A stretch of DNA of 64,000 bases. It comes from Sminthopsis crassicaudata (taxonomy: Eukaryota). A program made the position numbers and the translations under genes. Shown here piece by piece: positions 1-14,699 of this stretch. The stretch is from positions 253,419,882-253,483,881 of the forward strand of contig NC_133618.1 of assembly GCF_048593235.1 (NCBI RefSeq). The letters run 5' to 3'. Positions within the stretch are counted from its first letter, which is position 1, and every line of letters begins with the position of its first letter. Under the pieces are notes generated by a model, which saw nothing but the letters and a program-made list of their open reading frames with translations, was not told the origin of the DNA and did not search any database.

Positions 1-2192
1 TCAAAAGATATTTATATCATGTGGTAAAATTGCTGAATGTTTCTGAGATGAAAAACCCTGATTTAAGCTTTCTGAGAATATTAACAAGCAGTTTTTGAAA
101 AATAAGCTTATTAGGTAATTCTTATTTATCTGTTCTAACAGGGCAGTGGAACCGATAATTTGAGGGGGAGAGTATGATTAGATTTACCTTACTGATTGTG
201 CTTAATTAGGATAATATCAAAATTAGTTTGCATTCTGTGACACACTGAAGCAACTAGAAGTACAAGGTATTGCTAACTTCTGCAGTAAAGGAGACAGTTT
301 ATTAAAATAAATAATAAAGGCTGACCTAAATTTTCAGGTTTAACAAAAGTAAGTGTAAATCATGAGGAAATAATTGAACTTCTCTGAGACTTTAAGCTTT
401 GTAAACATTAAAAAACTACATAAATACATACTATTTTCATATCAAGCATACATATGTAACATATGCATGTACTTCTGTGTGTGCGTGTATAGTACCTTTT
501 CACCTGAAAAGCTACAAGAATTAAAAAAAAAAAATTACACAATTTCATCAGATTTCACATCTTCAGGTTAGAAAAGGTAAGAGTATTAGCAGAGCCATTT
601 AACAGAAATAAACTAAGATGTAGCTTTTAAATGACTTGGCCAAGGTCACACACGGATGAAATGATTTTTGACTTGTAGTCTACATAAAGTCTCTCCCAGC
701 TTCCATTTTTTTTTAAAATAAAATTATGAGAGCTCTTTTCCTTCAATTAAAAAATTATAATAAAGTCTCCCGATTTGAGTATCATATAGCACCAATAATA
801 ACCATCTTTTTGAGCTACAGTTGTTAGCTATTAAGAGTTGAAAGGGACTATATAGGCTAAGTTCCACCCTTTCAAACTACACTTTATTTCAAATGGAATA
901 GTGATATGGAAGCTACTAAATGGATTTCATTTTAAAAAAACTGTCCTTTTCATATTATTTCTTTACTATAAACACAAATACCTTGCAAGTACTCAACAAC
1001 TCAGATATAAAAAAAAAAAAAAAAAGGAAACTATCAATTTTATTTAACTTGTATATATGTTTTTCTTAAAATAAAAATTTAAAAATGTGTTATCCTTGAT
1101 GTCAGGGATAGCTTGATCTAATAGGACTTCCTTTAGTAGACTGCCCATACCTGAAAAATTAAGCCTGAAGATTGGAGACAATCACACATGAATGACTATA
1201 CTACATCACCAGCATGTCACTTTGCTTGCTCATGGACCCCAGCTTTGATCATCCATGCAGTCTTATCCTAAAAATTATTCAAACATATTAAAGCTATTTT
1301 GCATAGCACAATCATTTTAGTCATTTAATCCCATGTTTCCCTTATAACAATGGAAATGAATTAGATTAAAAAGTAGATGAACAAATGAGAACTCTTAATT
1401 GATGAATGGAGAAGTGTTTAAAAAAAAAAATTAACTATTATTCAAATTAGAACAATAGAAAAAATAAAGGCCACACAAGGAAATAAAAATTCCCATTCAA
1501 ATTTACATTCCATTCCAAAATTTTGCAAGGAAAAAAAAAAAAAGAAATATTTAAAATAAATATGATTAGCCAAGGAATGGAGAAATGAGAGCGATCTGTT
1601 ACTCATGAGCAAGTCTACTTATGGCATTAAATAGTAAAATAGTCCAGTTCAAATTCTGTTTTAAAATCTTCATCTGCTTTGACATGGATCAAAAAAAAAA
1701 AAAAAAAAAAAAAAGGCACTATCTCCCCACATATACTTATATTCAAGCCCAAGAAAACCTCAAATTTATAATCAAAATGCTTAAAAAGCAAAGTACATTA
1801 TCATTTTTCTCAACATTCGAAATAAAATGGCTAAAAATCCAAACTGAAATAACTTAGTTTTATAAATTACTGTCTTGTGAAAATGTCTAGCAAATTCCTA
1901 GGAGGCAGTTCTCCATAAAACTTAAGCTACCACATGATTTTTTTTTTCCCTATTTGTACTTTTGTACTAGAAGAGTAATAGGTCAACTACTGGATTTCTA
2001 TGATTATTAAACCAAAGAGAACCATCAACTCTAAGTTTGCCATTACAATATCTAACATTTCCTTGACTTTTCTATTTTCATGACTTGTATTTTAATACTT
2101 CAAAGATCTGTAATTTCATCAGTGTGGAAATGCTCTCCACTGATGCAGATCACAACCACTCTAAAACTTCAATGGTGTCGAGTTGCTGTGGC

Positions 2193-2226
<34 letters not shown>

Positions 2227-2385
2227 CCACCTGTGGCCAACCTGGTAATTTTCAAGATTATAGTGCTCAAATCTGAATTACTCATACCAACAATTACATT
2301 ATAATTTCCATTTCTATCCTTCTCCCCGCTTTAGACGGCATATTTATATCTTTTCTGAAAACTAAGAAATTAAATACAAATTTAC

Positions 2386-3909
2386 CTTGCGTACTACTTC
2401 TTCTTCTTCTTGGCGCTTTTCATAATGAGAAAAATCATCAAAGATGGAGGTTGTGTGCTTGTAAGTGGAAATAATTTTAAGCACTTGTTTAGCTTTTTCT
2501 AAGGGTACCTCCTGTGTGTCACGGGAGTTTGTAACTGGTTTGTTGTCATTATTCTCCAGTCTGATGTGTCGAAGTTGGTTGTTGGGCACATCCTTGACAA
2601 AGATCCACTTGACATCAAATTTCCCCTTCCATTTGTCCTGAGACCAGACACCAGCACTAGTGCCATAGTCTACAGGTGACTTCATCTCTGCTACTCCACA
2701 AAAATGTCCACTACCATTGACACTGAAGAGCAAATAAACAGGACCCTTACTGTTCATAGAGCGAAAAGCACTGTCCAAACGTTTGTTTCCATGTTCTGTG
2801 CTACACCAAATGGAGTATTTAATGGAACGGTGAATATCATCCTCAGAATAGCTCTTTATTATGAACACACGTCCATTTTTAAGGTTCCAATCAAATTCTT
2901 TAGGGTTATAACTATGGGCAGCTTTCAGTTTTTCAAGGACAGGGTGTGATTCTCCACTTGGAACAGAATTAGTTTGGGCATTTCCAGTAGAGCTGCTATC
3001 GCTACTGGTTCCTCCACTTTGTCCAAAAGCTGCATTTCGGTTTCGAGGGGCTACCCAGCGATTTGGGGGTGGTTGCTGAGGGTTCTGATACTGTGTCTGG
3101 GCCAAAGGAGGAGGCTGAGTTGGAATAGGCTGAACAATCTGCTGTTGTGGCTGTGGGAGAGACTGAGGTGATGGAATCTGTTGGGGAGCGGGAGCCTTGC
3201 TCACAGGCCCTTTATTGTCCCAAGTACCAATGTCCATATTATGTTTTATAGGTGGTGGAGGTAAAGCACCTCCAATTATGGGTCCACTTTTTGCTTTCAT
3301 TTTAGGTTGTGGTTTTGCAGGTTTGCTGGCAATGGCAGCCCAAGATGTTGGTTTTGAAACTGGTAAGTTTACACTTGATCCACCATTACCAGAAAGAGCA
3401 CCAGTCATTACAGCACTGTTAACAGATCCTACTGTTTTAACTGCAGATGTTGTCACATCTCCACCAATCTTAAGTCCAACCATTCCCTGCTCAATGCTAT
3501 TCATTCCAGGTGCTTTGTTTAAAGTGTCATTATGAAATCCTGTCTGTCCATCAACAATAGTACCACCCAAAGAACTGGGTGGGTAACTATAACTGCTTCC
3601 ATAAGCTGAACTTTGAGTCTGTTGTCCTTGGGATCCACTTGTTCCCCATGCTGAAAATGCAGGGTTTTCTGGGAAAAAGTTAAACCTGTGTTGATAGATA
3701 TTGTTTCCCAGACCCCCAGGTTGTCCAAAAACAGCATCATGCATGAAATGATGGTCGCCATTACTAAGCTGTCCATAGGTGGTGAGATATGGAATAGGTG
3801 GATCACCACCAGTAGACCATGGTGCTTCACTGAGTGAGTAAGGAAATCCAATAGATGGTGGATAGTAACTGGAAAGGTAGGGATCAGTCATTGAGGGATA
3901 GCTATTATT
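2386..3909 (-). CDS. YTHDF1: YTHDF1 large exon 4 (P/Q-rich region plus complete YTH m6A-reader domain)
   Basis: 1524 nt open frame [11 protein letters not shown]...EEEEVVRK between CAG acceptor and GTAAAT donor; aromatic-cage tryptophans present ([16 protein letters not shown]). No final ERQ...KQ-type exon found in 1-2385, so it is presumed left of the window. Confidence 0.97.
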
Positions 3910-5142
3910 CTGTTAAAGAAAATCAAAATTATTTTTAGAGTTAGGTCTGTATTTATAAAAATATAAAGAATTTCTTAAAATTATGAGATTAATTTTCCTT
4001 TTTAGAATGCTACACTTCGTTTAAACCACATATCAACTAGAGCTTCATATTGGGTAAGGTTACTAATTTATTATCAAAATAGCTATCAATGGCGTATTAA
4101 AAACTAAAGGTTTATTTAAGAATGACAAGATTTTTAAGGCAAATTTGAGAATTCAAACATTTCAGATCAATCTCAAAGTACAAAGCAATTTCATTTATAA
4201 TTATTTATTTTAAATTAAGTTACAGCTAAGCTATATTAAAAAATAATGCCTTACTTTAAAATTAAATATTTTATTTAGTTCAACCAATTACATCAAAATG
4301 TACTTAAAACATACTTCATCTCTACACTAAAATCCTTTTTGCCCTTAACTTTCAAGGATGGAGCCAGGGCTATCTTTTTATAGTCTTTAACAGTGAAATT
4401 TACAGAATCCATTACTTCAGATAGGACATACTTAAGTGCAAATAGCTCCAAAAAAGAATGAGTTTCATCCATGATGGATTCCTTAAAATTTATTAACAAA
4501 AATTAGAATATTTTGAGGGCATCTTTCTAAGCTAAAATCAACCAGGAAGATGATTATAGTTTTGCATTACTTGACAAAGAATCAAAGTATCAAAGAAATA
4601 ATATTGGCCTGGAAGGCAACAAATACAGTGGGAAGAACAAAGGGCTTACTTAGATTATTTTGTTTGAGTCCTAGTACTGCAATTTAGTAGTCATATGCCA
4701 CTATGTACACAGTGCATTGAACACAGTATTGAGCAAACTATGCATAATATAGGTCTATAACATGCAATTTTTTATTATTTTATAAAAGAAACAGGTCAAT
4801 TCCTATTATGCCAGACCACTAGGCCAAGTTTCTGTGGTCAGCAAACTCTTGTAATCCCTCTTTTTGTTATCACCTCTCCCTTTCCCTCCAAATCTAAGGA
4901 AGAGAAAAGACAGCAGATACTCAAATGTTCTACAAAGGCCCATAATATTGATCATACCCATTTTATTAGCTTTCACATATCCAAGTAAATCAACCTTCCA
5001 GAATTACTGAATCTGAACATATTTTAAGGATCTGTTTGAAACTTAAGTCTTTCTCAGGCATTATAAAATCTGATGTTATGATCCCATCTCTTCTTCTTAT
5101 CCCAACCACTATTAATGGCTAATATTTATATAGCACTTTAAC

Positions 5143-5386
5143 TATGTGCCAGGTACTGTGCTAAATGTTACATATTATCTCGTTTGTTTTTCACAACAAC
5201 CCTGGGAGGTAGATTGTATTATGACCCCCATTTTACAGATGAAGAAAACTAAGGAAAACAGAAGTAAAGTGACTTGCTCAGATTCACTCAGCTAGTAAGT
5301 GTGTGTGCTTGAGGTCACATTTGACCTCAGATCTTCTAACTCCAGGTCCAGCACACCTAACATTCTATTCATTGCACCACCTGTCT
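5143..5386 (-). mobile_element. MIR/CORE-SINE
   Basis: ccccattttacagatgaagaaaactaagg CORE motif. Confidence 0.75.
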
Positions 5387-8142
5387 ATCACACCATTTTG
5401 GTATTTAATATTTGGTAAACCCTAAGTAATCATATCAGTGGCTTCCATTCTGCCTTCATGCTAGGTTTAGAAATTCTGGCTTATCATACAATGAATGGAA
5501 AATACAGTTGTTTTTTTTTTTTTAAATTTATCACAAATGATTACATGTACCATTTTTTCTTAAGAGGTAGGGGATTATCAGACTAAAATCAATATGTTAA
5601 CTGGGTTTTCTGAATTTAAAAACAATCTTTGTTATAATATAAGGGAGAGAATGGGAGAGGAAGAAGGAGTTAGTATATTTATCCAAATGAATGCAAAAAT
5701 AAAAATAAGAAGCATCAATAATATTTTTACAATTCTGCTTCAAGACAAACTCTTACTAATTTTCTTTTTCCTAGACATTACTCAACAAGCAAATTGAGAT
5801 TTTACTTAACAGGAGACCAAGAGTAGACTCATTTATTCTTTATAAGATCCTCCAGTTCCTCCAGACAATCCAAGATAATCAAGTTTTTCCTCTTTCTACT
5901 AAAACTACACCCTTTACATTCCTACTGTGATCTGTTCTTTCAAGATTAAGTTCTCTTCCAAATGCCAAATTCACTCCATGATTAAGACACATGTCAATAC
6001 AATGTACTCTCAGATGCAACTGTAATGATGAATATTCATACACAATTTTGAAATGTAAAGAAAGACAGGATGGCAAAGTAGAATGAACACTGGATCTAAA
6101 AGTCAAGGATTTGAGTTTAAATCCTTTCTACTTTAGTACTTGTGTGACCAATGGCAATCATTTTGCTATATGCCCAAGGTTCTTTTCTAGCCAATAAAAA
6201 AGGACATGGAATTGATGATCTTGTACATTTCTTTTAATTTTAAATCCCATTTTCCTAACTGGAGGGTCATTTTAAAAACCTGATTAACAGTAATAAACTG
6301 TGACCAGCATAGAAGAAGGGACTTGTTTGTAGCAATGGCAAAGACTGAAACTAATCCACAAAATAGTCTTAACAAACTTAGTGAGTGGATTAGAAGCAAA
6401 GAAAAGATAGTAACTGAATTTAACAAAACTAAAGTCTCAGAATAATAGCTGCTTGTGACATATATTTAAATCTTGACTGGACTGAACTGCAAATCAAATC
6501 CAACTCTATGTGCAAACACCACATATAAACACTATAATGCACCATTACTTTTACCATAACCACTAACTTAATATAGTTGAAATTTCTCTACACTCCGCCA
6601 CCGCCCCCCCCACTTCTTAAATCACTATCTTTCATCTCTGACAATAGGGATTTAAATAAAAACTCTTTATGTGAAGTTATTTTTTTTTTTATTTATTCCT
6701 TCCATCTCTCTACCTCATAGAAATTTTATTAAGTCCATGTGCCCATCTTTTAGAATCTAAACTCCACTAACCATTGTTAGGCTGGAGAAGCCATTTAGGG
6801 CTTCTTCCAGACAAAATTCCTTAACTGTCTTTATAACATTATAAATCATTACTGAACTTCATCTTTGTTACTTTTGAACTCCTAACAAAGATCTTTCTTT
6901 GCTCAATCAAAGTCCACAGATCAAAAATTAATTTCAAGAATACTAAATAGGGTTAAGGTTAGTAGCCAACATCTTAAAGACAGCCAAATGTGGATGGATA
7001 GATATGCGAGCACACACAACACACACACAAACACATGTAAACAAGCTTAAGTAGAATGTTAACTATCCTCTTCTCTCTCTTCACACATACACTATCTTAT
7101 TATGGATCTTTATCATCCATTGCATGGACAAAGGCATTAATTAGTCTCTCTGCCTTAAGTTTTCCCCCACTTATAATCCATCATCTACAATTGGCAATTG
7201 AAGTGAATGTCCTAAAATTCAACCCTTACCACATAATTCTTCTAACCCAGTAAAATTTAATGCCTCCATGTTGTCACTAGGATTAAATATAACTTCCTCT
7301 ATTTAGATTTTAAAATCTTTCACAACCTGACCCTAAACTACCCTACTAAAGTTTATTACATGGCTTTCCTATTGTCAGCCAAATTGGCTTTCTTACTATT
7401 CCTTGTACAACATATTCCATTGCCTATTTCTTTTTGCCTTTGCACTGGATGTCTGCCACATTTGGAATGCACATTCTCATCTTAGTTCCATCTCTTAGTA
7501 GCCCTTGTTTCTTTCAAAACTACTCAAGATGACACTTTCTACCCACAAATTTTCCAGAACTACTGTGATCTCCCCCCCATTTATCTTGTATTTATTCTAC
7601 ATACAATTTTCCTATACAAAAAGCAGCCTCTAAAGCAATACAGGTAATGTTTCCACTTTTGAGTAAATCAAAAACACAAATCAAGTGGAGTGATTATAAA
7701 ATAAGTCCTCTTCCACAAAGATTACTCTGAAAATTTAAGTACTAAAATTTCCTAACATATAAATTCCCTTCTAAAGATTCAGTTTATATGACAGTTATCT
7801 TTTAATGACTCAGACTATCTTCTGAACTAGACTAATCTCCTAATGGGCAGGCACTGTCTACTTCTTTCTAATCTCCACATATAGAATGCTTCTTGATGGA
7901 GAAGAGGAAAAGATAAGATTCCATTTACATATTTTTCTTCTTTATCTTTTGTACATGTATTTACAATATTGAAGAAAGTTGAGATGCAGTTTACTGAAAA
8001 GTGCTGCAAACAAACAAAAAAAAAATCATAGATCTAAAAATGGAAGCGATTTTAGAGGTAATCTATTTTAACACACTCATTTTTTCAGATGAGGAAAGTG
8101 AAATCCAGAGAAGTCAAATAGCTTAATGAAAGCAAAACATGT

Positions 8143-8280
8143 TGGCTGGGCAATTGGGGTGAAGTGGCTTGCCCTGAGGGGTTCACAAAGCTACACAGTG
8201 TTAAGTGTTTGAAGTTAGATTTGAACTCAAGTCCTCCTGACTCCAGGGTTTATACTCTACACACTGTACCATCTAGCTAA
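8143..8280 (-). mobile_element. WSINE1-like SINE, older copy
   Basis: Same head and core motifs, more diverged. Confidence 0.7.
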
Positions 8281-8906
8281 CCTATGACTTTTCCACAAGA
8301 GGTTGTCTCATCAGTCCTTAAATCAGCCCCTCTGCAAAAAAATTACTATTTTCCTGTCCTTATATTTAGGAGATCTTACTTCTGTCTTCAGCAAGAAGCT
8401 CAAAAACAAATAGAGATAATGAAGAAAAAAAAAAAAAAAAAAAAAAAGCAAACCTTCTTTTCCTTCATTCACTCACCATATCTCTTGATGAACAGACAGA
8501 CACACAATTTCCAGCTCTATATACCACCTCCCTTTACACATATATCAACTTACTCATTGGTTTCCAGGCTAGTGTGGGTCAATCAGCAAAATAACATACA
8601 AAACACATTATAAGAACCAATCTTGTGGTTCATTAATGTACATACTTACAAACTCAAACATTCTTATTCTGTGCTCATACATAGGCGTCTGTGAAGCCTC
8701 CTTTCCTTTCCTTTAGTTTACATGTCTGTTGTTCCCTTCCTTGTCTATATATATTTGGCATATAAGTGTACATACACAGCACACACAAAATCATCTATAA
8801 GGTTTCTTCTGGATCAAAAATTTCTATAATTCTATCCCAAAATTAAAACTGTTCAACTTTTATTTTTTCATATAACAAATTAGCTCTGTATTTCCTCAAT
8901 GCATTA

Positions 8907-9075
8907 GTTTTTCTTTCTCTTCTTTCTTTCTTTTTTTTTTTTGGTTGGGCAATTGGGATTAAGTGATTTGCCCAGGGTCATATAACTAGGAAGTGTTAAG
9001 TGTCTGAGACCAGATCTGAACTTGTCCTCCTGACTTCAGGGCTGGTGCTCTATCCACTGCACCATCTAGCTGCCC
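8907..9075 (-). mobile_element. WSINE1-type marsupial SINE with perfect 15-bp TSD
   Basis: gggcagctagatggtgcagtggatagagcacc head, T tail; TSD ttcctcaatgcatta at 8892-8906 and 9076-9090. Confidence 0.9.
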
Positions 9076-9600
9076 TTCCTCAATGCATTAATTATAAATT
9101 TATTTCAATTTTAATAATAAGAGTCCCTTAGAAGTACTACATAGGAGTGCCTTATTATGACATGAAGGCAACTCTGAATTCTCAAAGGTATGGCACTGAT
9201 GCACAAGTCATAGCAGGTCTAACAAGTAGGGTATCAGGAAAAAAAATTAACATTAAGGATTACCTTTGCTAAGTCAGAGAAGCTGACATCAGAAGAGTGA
9301 TTGGCTTGGCCACAGTTATTCAAGAGCTTCAATCAGCACGAACACTCACACAAATAAAATTAGAATTTTTTTAAAGAGTAAGGCGTATTTCTACGTAAAA
9401 AGCAATTAAGAAAAACAATTCCTGGAGAACATATATTAAGAGTAGTAAGAGTTTAAAGCCAAAACTACAAATTCTTTTGGCTTAAGCATTACCTCCAACA
9501 AATAATAGCCGTAGTTATCAGACATTAAAATCCCAGTTTCTAGGATTGAATCAAAGTCTTAAAAATGATCTAGAAGTCTTCCTAAAGAGAGTAATTTCCT

Positions 9601-10496
9601 GCAAATTAAGACAACTCTGAGATACCACTACACACCTGTCAGATTGGCTAAGATTACAGGAACAAATAATGATGAATGTTGAAGGGGATGTGGGAAAAGT
9701 GGGACACTGATGCATTGTTGGTGGAGTTGTGAAAGAATCCAACCATTCTGGAGAGCAATTTGGAACTATGCCCAGAAAGTTATCAAACTATGCATACCCT
9801 TTGATCCAGCAGTGGTACTATTAGGTTTATATCCCAAAGAAATACTAAAGATGAGAAAGGGACCTGTATGTGCCAAAATGTTTGTGGCAGCTCTTTTTGT
9901 AGTGGCTAGAAACTGGAAGATGAATGGATGTTCATCAATTGGAGAATGGTTGGGCAAATTATGGTATATGAATGTTATGGAATATTATTGTTCTGTAAGA
10001 AATGACCAGCAGGATGAATACAGAGAGATTTGGAGAGACTTGCATGAACTGATGCTGAGTGAAATGAGGAGAACCAGAAGATCACTATACACTTCAACAA
10101 TAATACTGTATGAAGATATATTCTGATGGAAGTGGATATCTTCAACATAAAGAAGATCCAACTCACTTCCAGTTGATCAATGATGGACAGAAACAGCTAC
10201 ACCCAGAGAAGGAACACTGGGAATTGAATGTAAACTATTAGCACTACTGTCTTTCTACCCAGGTTACTTATACCTTCGGAACCCAATTCTTAACGTGCAA
10301 TAAGAAAATTGGATTTACACACATATATTGTACCTAGGTTATACTGTAACACATTTAATATGTATGGGATTGCCTGTTATCTAGGAGAGGGAGGGGAAAA
10401 TTTGGAAAAATGAATACAAGGGATAATGTTATAAAAAAAAAAAAAAATTACTCATGCATATGTACTGCCAAAAAAAATTTTTATAATTATAAAATT

Positions 10497-10501
<5 letters not shown>
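9601..10501 (+). mobile_element. 5'-truncated L1 (ORF2 C-terminus, 3'UTR, A-tail), antisense in YTHDF1 intron 3
   Basis: QIKTTLRYHYTPVRLAK...GTLMHCWWSC Cys-knuckle region; TSD aaagagagWaatttcct at 9584-9600 and 10501-10570 (expanded). Confidence 0.92.

Positions 10502-10561
<60 letters not shown>
10502..10561. repeat. (AG)30 microsatellite
   Basis: Direct reading. Confidence 0.97.
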
Positions 10562-10565
<4 letters not shown>

Positions 10566-12833
10566 TTCCTCTTTCACATAGAAAATATTAACAGGTTCCT
10601 CCCAACAGCAAAGCCAAGTAAATTAAGAACTAAAATAGGGAGTTTCTTCTTTGTAGAAGTTTATAAACTCCTAATAGACAATGGAAATTTAAGTAATCAT
10701 CAATTAGTATTTTGTTTTACATATATATACATATACACACACATATATATAAAAAATATAGTAAAACAAAATTTACTTTTGTTATTTTAAAAAGAATGGC
10801 TTACAAAAAATAGAAATTCAAAAGTTAAAATTAGTTCTAGAACTAAAAGCAGGAAAGGGTGTTTCCACATTCACTGCAAATTTAATCATATAAAAAGGTC
10901 ATGGAACTTAAATCTTTATTTTCTATATCCTTTTTTTCTGAGAAACAAGACCCAAAATTATATAAAAAATTGTTTCATGAACAATAAAATGACTTAGACA
11001 TTACAGTGAAATAAAAGAGGGATTCAAGAAAAAGGAAGAACATTATTTAAGAAAGCTTTTAAAATTACACTAGAAAGTATCATGCGTTTGATTACTTTCA
11101 TAAGTTCCTTAAAAGAAATAGCAAAATCATCAAACATAATGATGAGGTTTTGTTCCCTATAAAATAATTCATGGCCAGGGATTCCAAGGTCAGAGAGTAC
11201 CTTAAATTCACAGAAAGCTTAAGAAAAAATCCCTATGGGTAGGTATCACATGTCAAGAAAATCATTAAAATTTCTTCATTTGATAGGTAATTTTAAATAA
11301 TTATTTTTTCTGTTGAGTTTTTATTTATTCTCCAGAATTAGAAAAGTCAATAATAGAATGTGGTTACAGCAGTTTCTGACATATCACATCACAGTTGTTT
11401 CTTAACACAATATCCTTTTTGTCTTTGAAAATTTGTGTACCAACAAAAATAATAAAAATTACTGCACATCTGGTTTTAAGCAATTATGTTGTTAATATTA
11501 ATGTTCACCTATATTATATACTTTAAGATAATTTCGATTTTTGAAAAATTACTATAAGAAATCTAGACCAAAAAATGACCAAGACTAAGCTGTTTAAATC
11601 TCTGAAATATTTTAAGTTTCCCAGATAGGTGCTCCAAATGAATTCCCTAGACTTACCAATAAGTAATCCTATTTTTAAAAATATTCTACTAGGGATATAG
11701 AAAATAAAATAAAAAATTTATTCTAATAAAGAAACATCTATTTGTCTTTATTCCAAGAAGTTAAATAAAATCCCTAAAGCAATCTTCAGTTAATGTGTTA
11801 AAAACTCTACTTTCAGCTATGTATAAACCACCATTGGGAAATTCTCAATCTTAAGATGAAGGACCTCTTCTAATAGCATTAAAAATGGATAAAAATTTAT
11901 CTACTCACTAAGAAAGGCATTACACAGGTAAGCCTAGAAATTGAATTGTCTTCTAGCTACTTTAATGATAAAAAACCTACTTAATATAATTGTCTCAGAT
12001 ATATCAATTCCAAAATCTGAAACAGTCATCTAATTTTTCTAAACAAAAATTTAGAATAAGCCAAATCTATTTTGATTACATATCAGAATCTTAACTGAAA
12101 AATTCACAGGTAAACTCATTACACATATATTTGACAATGCTACCTCAAATCATTATGTTATATGTGGTGTAAACAACTCTTGCCTATAGTCAGGGCCTGG
12201 GTTCAAAACCTAATTTTCTGTGACAATGAACAAATCACTTCCTTGCTTTAGGTCTCAGCTTCTTGCACCTATAAAATGCAGGGGTTATATTAGTTGTCTA
12301 GTCTAGTACTAAATAATATCCCATCCACAACTAAATCCTATAATTTTTAAACAGCTATACTACTTAACTTCTACCAAATTACCTCTTTAATCCTCATTCC
12401 TTTCATTTCTCAACTGCCTGTTTTATACTTAACTTTGAAAAACAGACATGAAGAGATGACTTGTTAAAAGATAAAAGACTTAATATAAATATTAACTTTC
12501 TTTATATTCAAATATTAGACATGACATCTTTTCATCCAATTCTAATTACCCTCTGTGTAACCTGAACAAGTCACTTAATCTCTCTAAGCCCCAGTTTCTT
12601 TATATGTAAAATGGGGGGAGAAAAAGGAGAATAGAATAGAGTTTAGAATAGATAAAACTTGTCAAGTCCTTTCTAGTTTTAGAGCTATGATCTTAAAAAC
12701 ACAAGGCACAGTAAGTAGTCACCTGTATGATTATATTATCTGGTCATTTTCTTCAAAACATCTAAGAAAGAAAATATTTGAGAAAGCCTGTTCTAAAATG
12801 ACTTCGTTAAAAACCTTGAACTAAGTAGTAATA

Positions 12834-13045
12834 CAGACAGCTAAGTGGTAAAGTAGATATGTGTCAGGCCTAAAGTCAGAAAAACTTTTGGCCTCAAACA
12901 CTTACTAGTTATATGATCCTGAACAAGTCACTTAAACCTATTCACCTCATCTGTAAAATAATCTGGGGAAGGAAATAGCAAACCACTCCAGTATCTGCCA
13001 AGAAAACCCCAAATCGCACCTCAAAGGATTAGACATAACTGAAAA
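12834..13045 (+). mobile_element. MAR1-type CORE-SINE with RTE-derived tail
   Basis: CORE followed by ggaaggaaatagcaaaccactccagtatc tail. Confidence 0.7.
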
Positions 13046-14699
13046 ATAGTAATCACACTTTTTTTAGAAGGAAAATAAAAATTTGGTTCTATTCTTTTTT
13101 GTACTTATATGATGAAAGGCAATATATAATCATAAATAGAGAAATAATCTCAAAGTTAGCAAGATCTAAGTCCTACCTCTGAAATATCCTGGCTATGTGA
13201 CCCTGGGCAAGTCACTATACTTCTCAATGTTCTAGGCAATTCTTCAAGACTAAAAGATGCAGAGAAGGTGTCATCCTGCATTGGTAAAAAGCATCTCTTC
13301 ACCTGGGAGTTTATCAAACAGATTAAAACACAAGTCTAGTTTCTCTCCTAATCACAATTCTTCTGAGTATTTGAATTCTAAAAATTATTGGAAGTAGATT
13401 TTAATCCAGTTCTGGAACCAGGAAATCTGTCAAATTATGAGAATTCAGAATAGGCCAAATCATTAGATAGTCAAAGACTAAAATTTTTTTTTTTTTTGGT
13501 AATAAGTTTTTAAAAATTGACAATGTATATATACTTGTACCATTTCAAAAAGTAATCCAAACCAAACGATATTACCAGACATCTATTCTGGCTAGGTTGC
13601 AGTTAACTAATCTCTCAACACTGCCTGCAGAATGATAAAATTAGATTTTAAAGCATAACAAAACACATTCAGTTTTAATCACTTATTATTAATGATCATG
13701 TTCTGCCATCCCCAAATTCACAACACTTATGTTGTTTCTTACAAGGTTAAAACATTTTCAATAATAGAGAGTGAAATTCTGAACAAAATCTAAAACTTTG
13801 TTATTTATTTAAATAAAATTAAATTGCACACAAAAAGCTCACATTTACATAGTATTATAAGGTCTACAAATATCTTTTCTCATAAATGCTATAAAGGAAG
13901 TGCTGAACTATTATTTTCATTGTACAGATAAGAAAATGAAGTAATTGTGATTTGCCTAGTCATAGAGCTAATGAGTAGGAAGTAAAAGTGAAAGTGTGGT
14001 ATACTAAAAAGAATATTCATTAGATGTGGATAATACTTAAGTTCTCAGGTCAGTTCATTGCTACCTATGTAACCCTGAACAAATCTTTTCCCCTTTCTGG
14101 ACCTTAACATCATCACTGGTAAAATAGAGCTAGAGGGAGTACATTTGAATGTACTATGTGATCCATAGAGCTCCCATGTGATCTAGCATTCCAGCTCTGA
14201 ATTCTATGATCCTAGTTTCTTATCTATTCAGAACATAAATAAGAACAAGTAAAAAAGTAAAAAGAAGTTTCCATGCAGCTAAAATAAATGTTACTGTTTA
14301 ACCTATATCAGATTGCTTGCTGTCTTGGGGAGGGAGAAGGTAAGAGAGGAAGGGAGAAAGCTGGAACACAAAGTCTTACACAAATGTTAGAAACTATATG
14401 TGTATCTAGAAAAATGAAATATCAATGAGGAAAAAAAAGTTCTTGCTCTATAATTTATTCTATACATAAGAACCCCCTCACTATACACAAAATCTATTTC
14501 CTCTAATTTACACACTAAGAACTAACAGAAGCATACTCATAGCAAGAAGTGATTACCGACAACAAAGCAAGAGACAAGAAAAACTGAGATGAAGGACACA
14601 AATTGAAAAAAGGAAAAAATAGGAGTCTTGGGCCATTCAACTCAAAAGGACTTCTGGATGTCATCGTATTCATCTACCACAATCCATCTGTTAATCTTC

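Noticed and set aside
2362-2385. YTHDF1 ORF read-through VNLYLIS* as the true C-terminus
   Set aside because: A canonical AAG|GTAAAT donor follows VRK at the conserved exon boundary; nearby AATAAA hexamers are uninformative in such AT-rich DNA
9710-10126. 138-aa and 163-aa (28816-29307) ORFs as host genes
   Set aside because: Both are L1 ORF2 C-termini with L1 3'UTR, A-tail and TSDs
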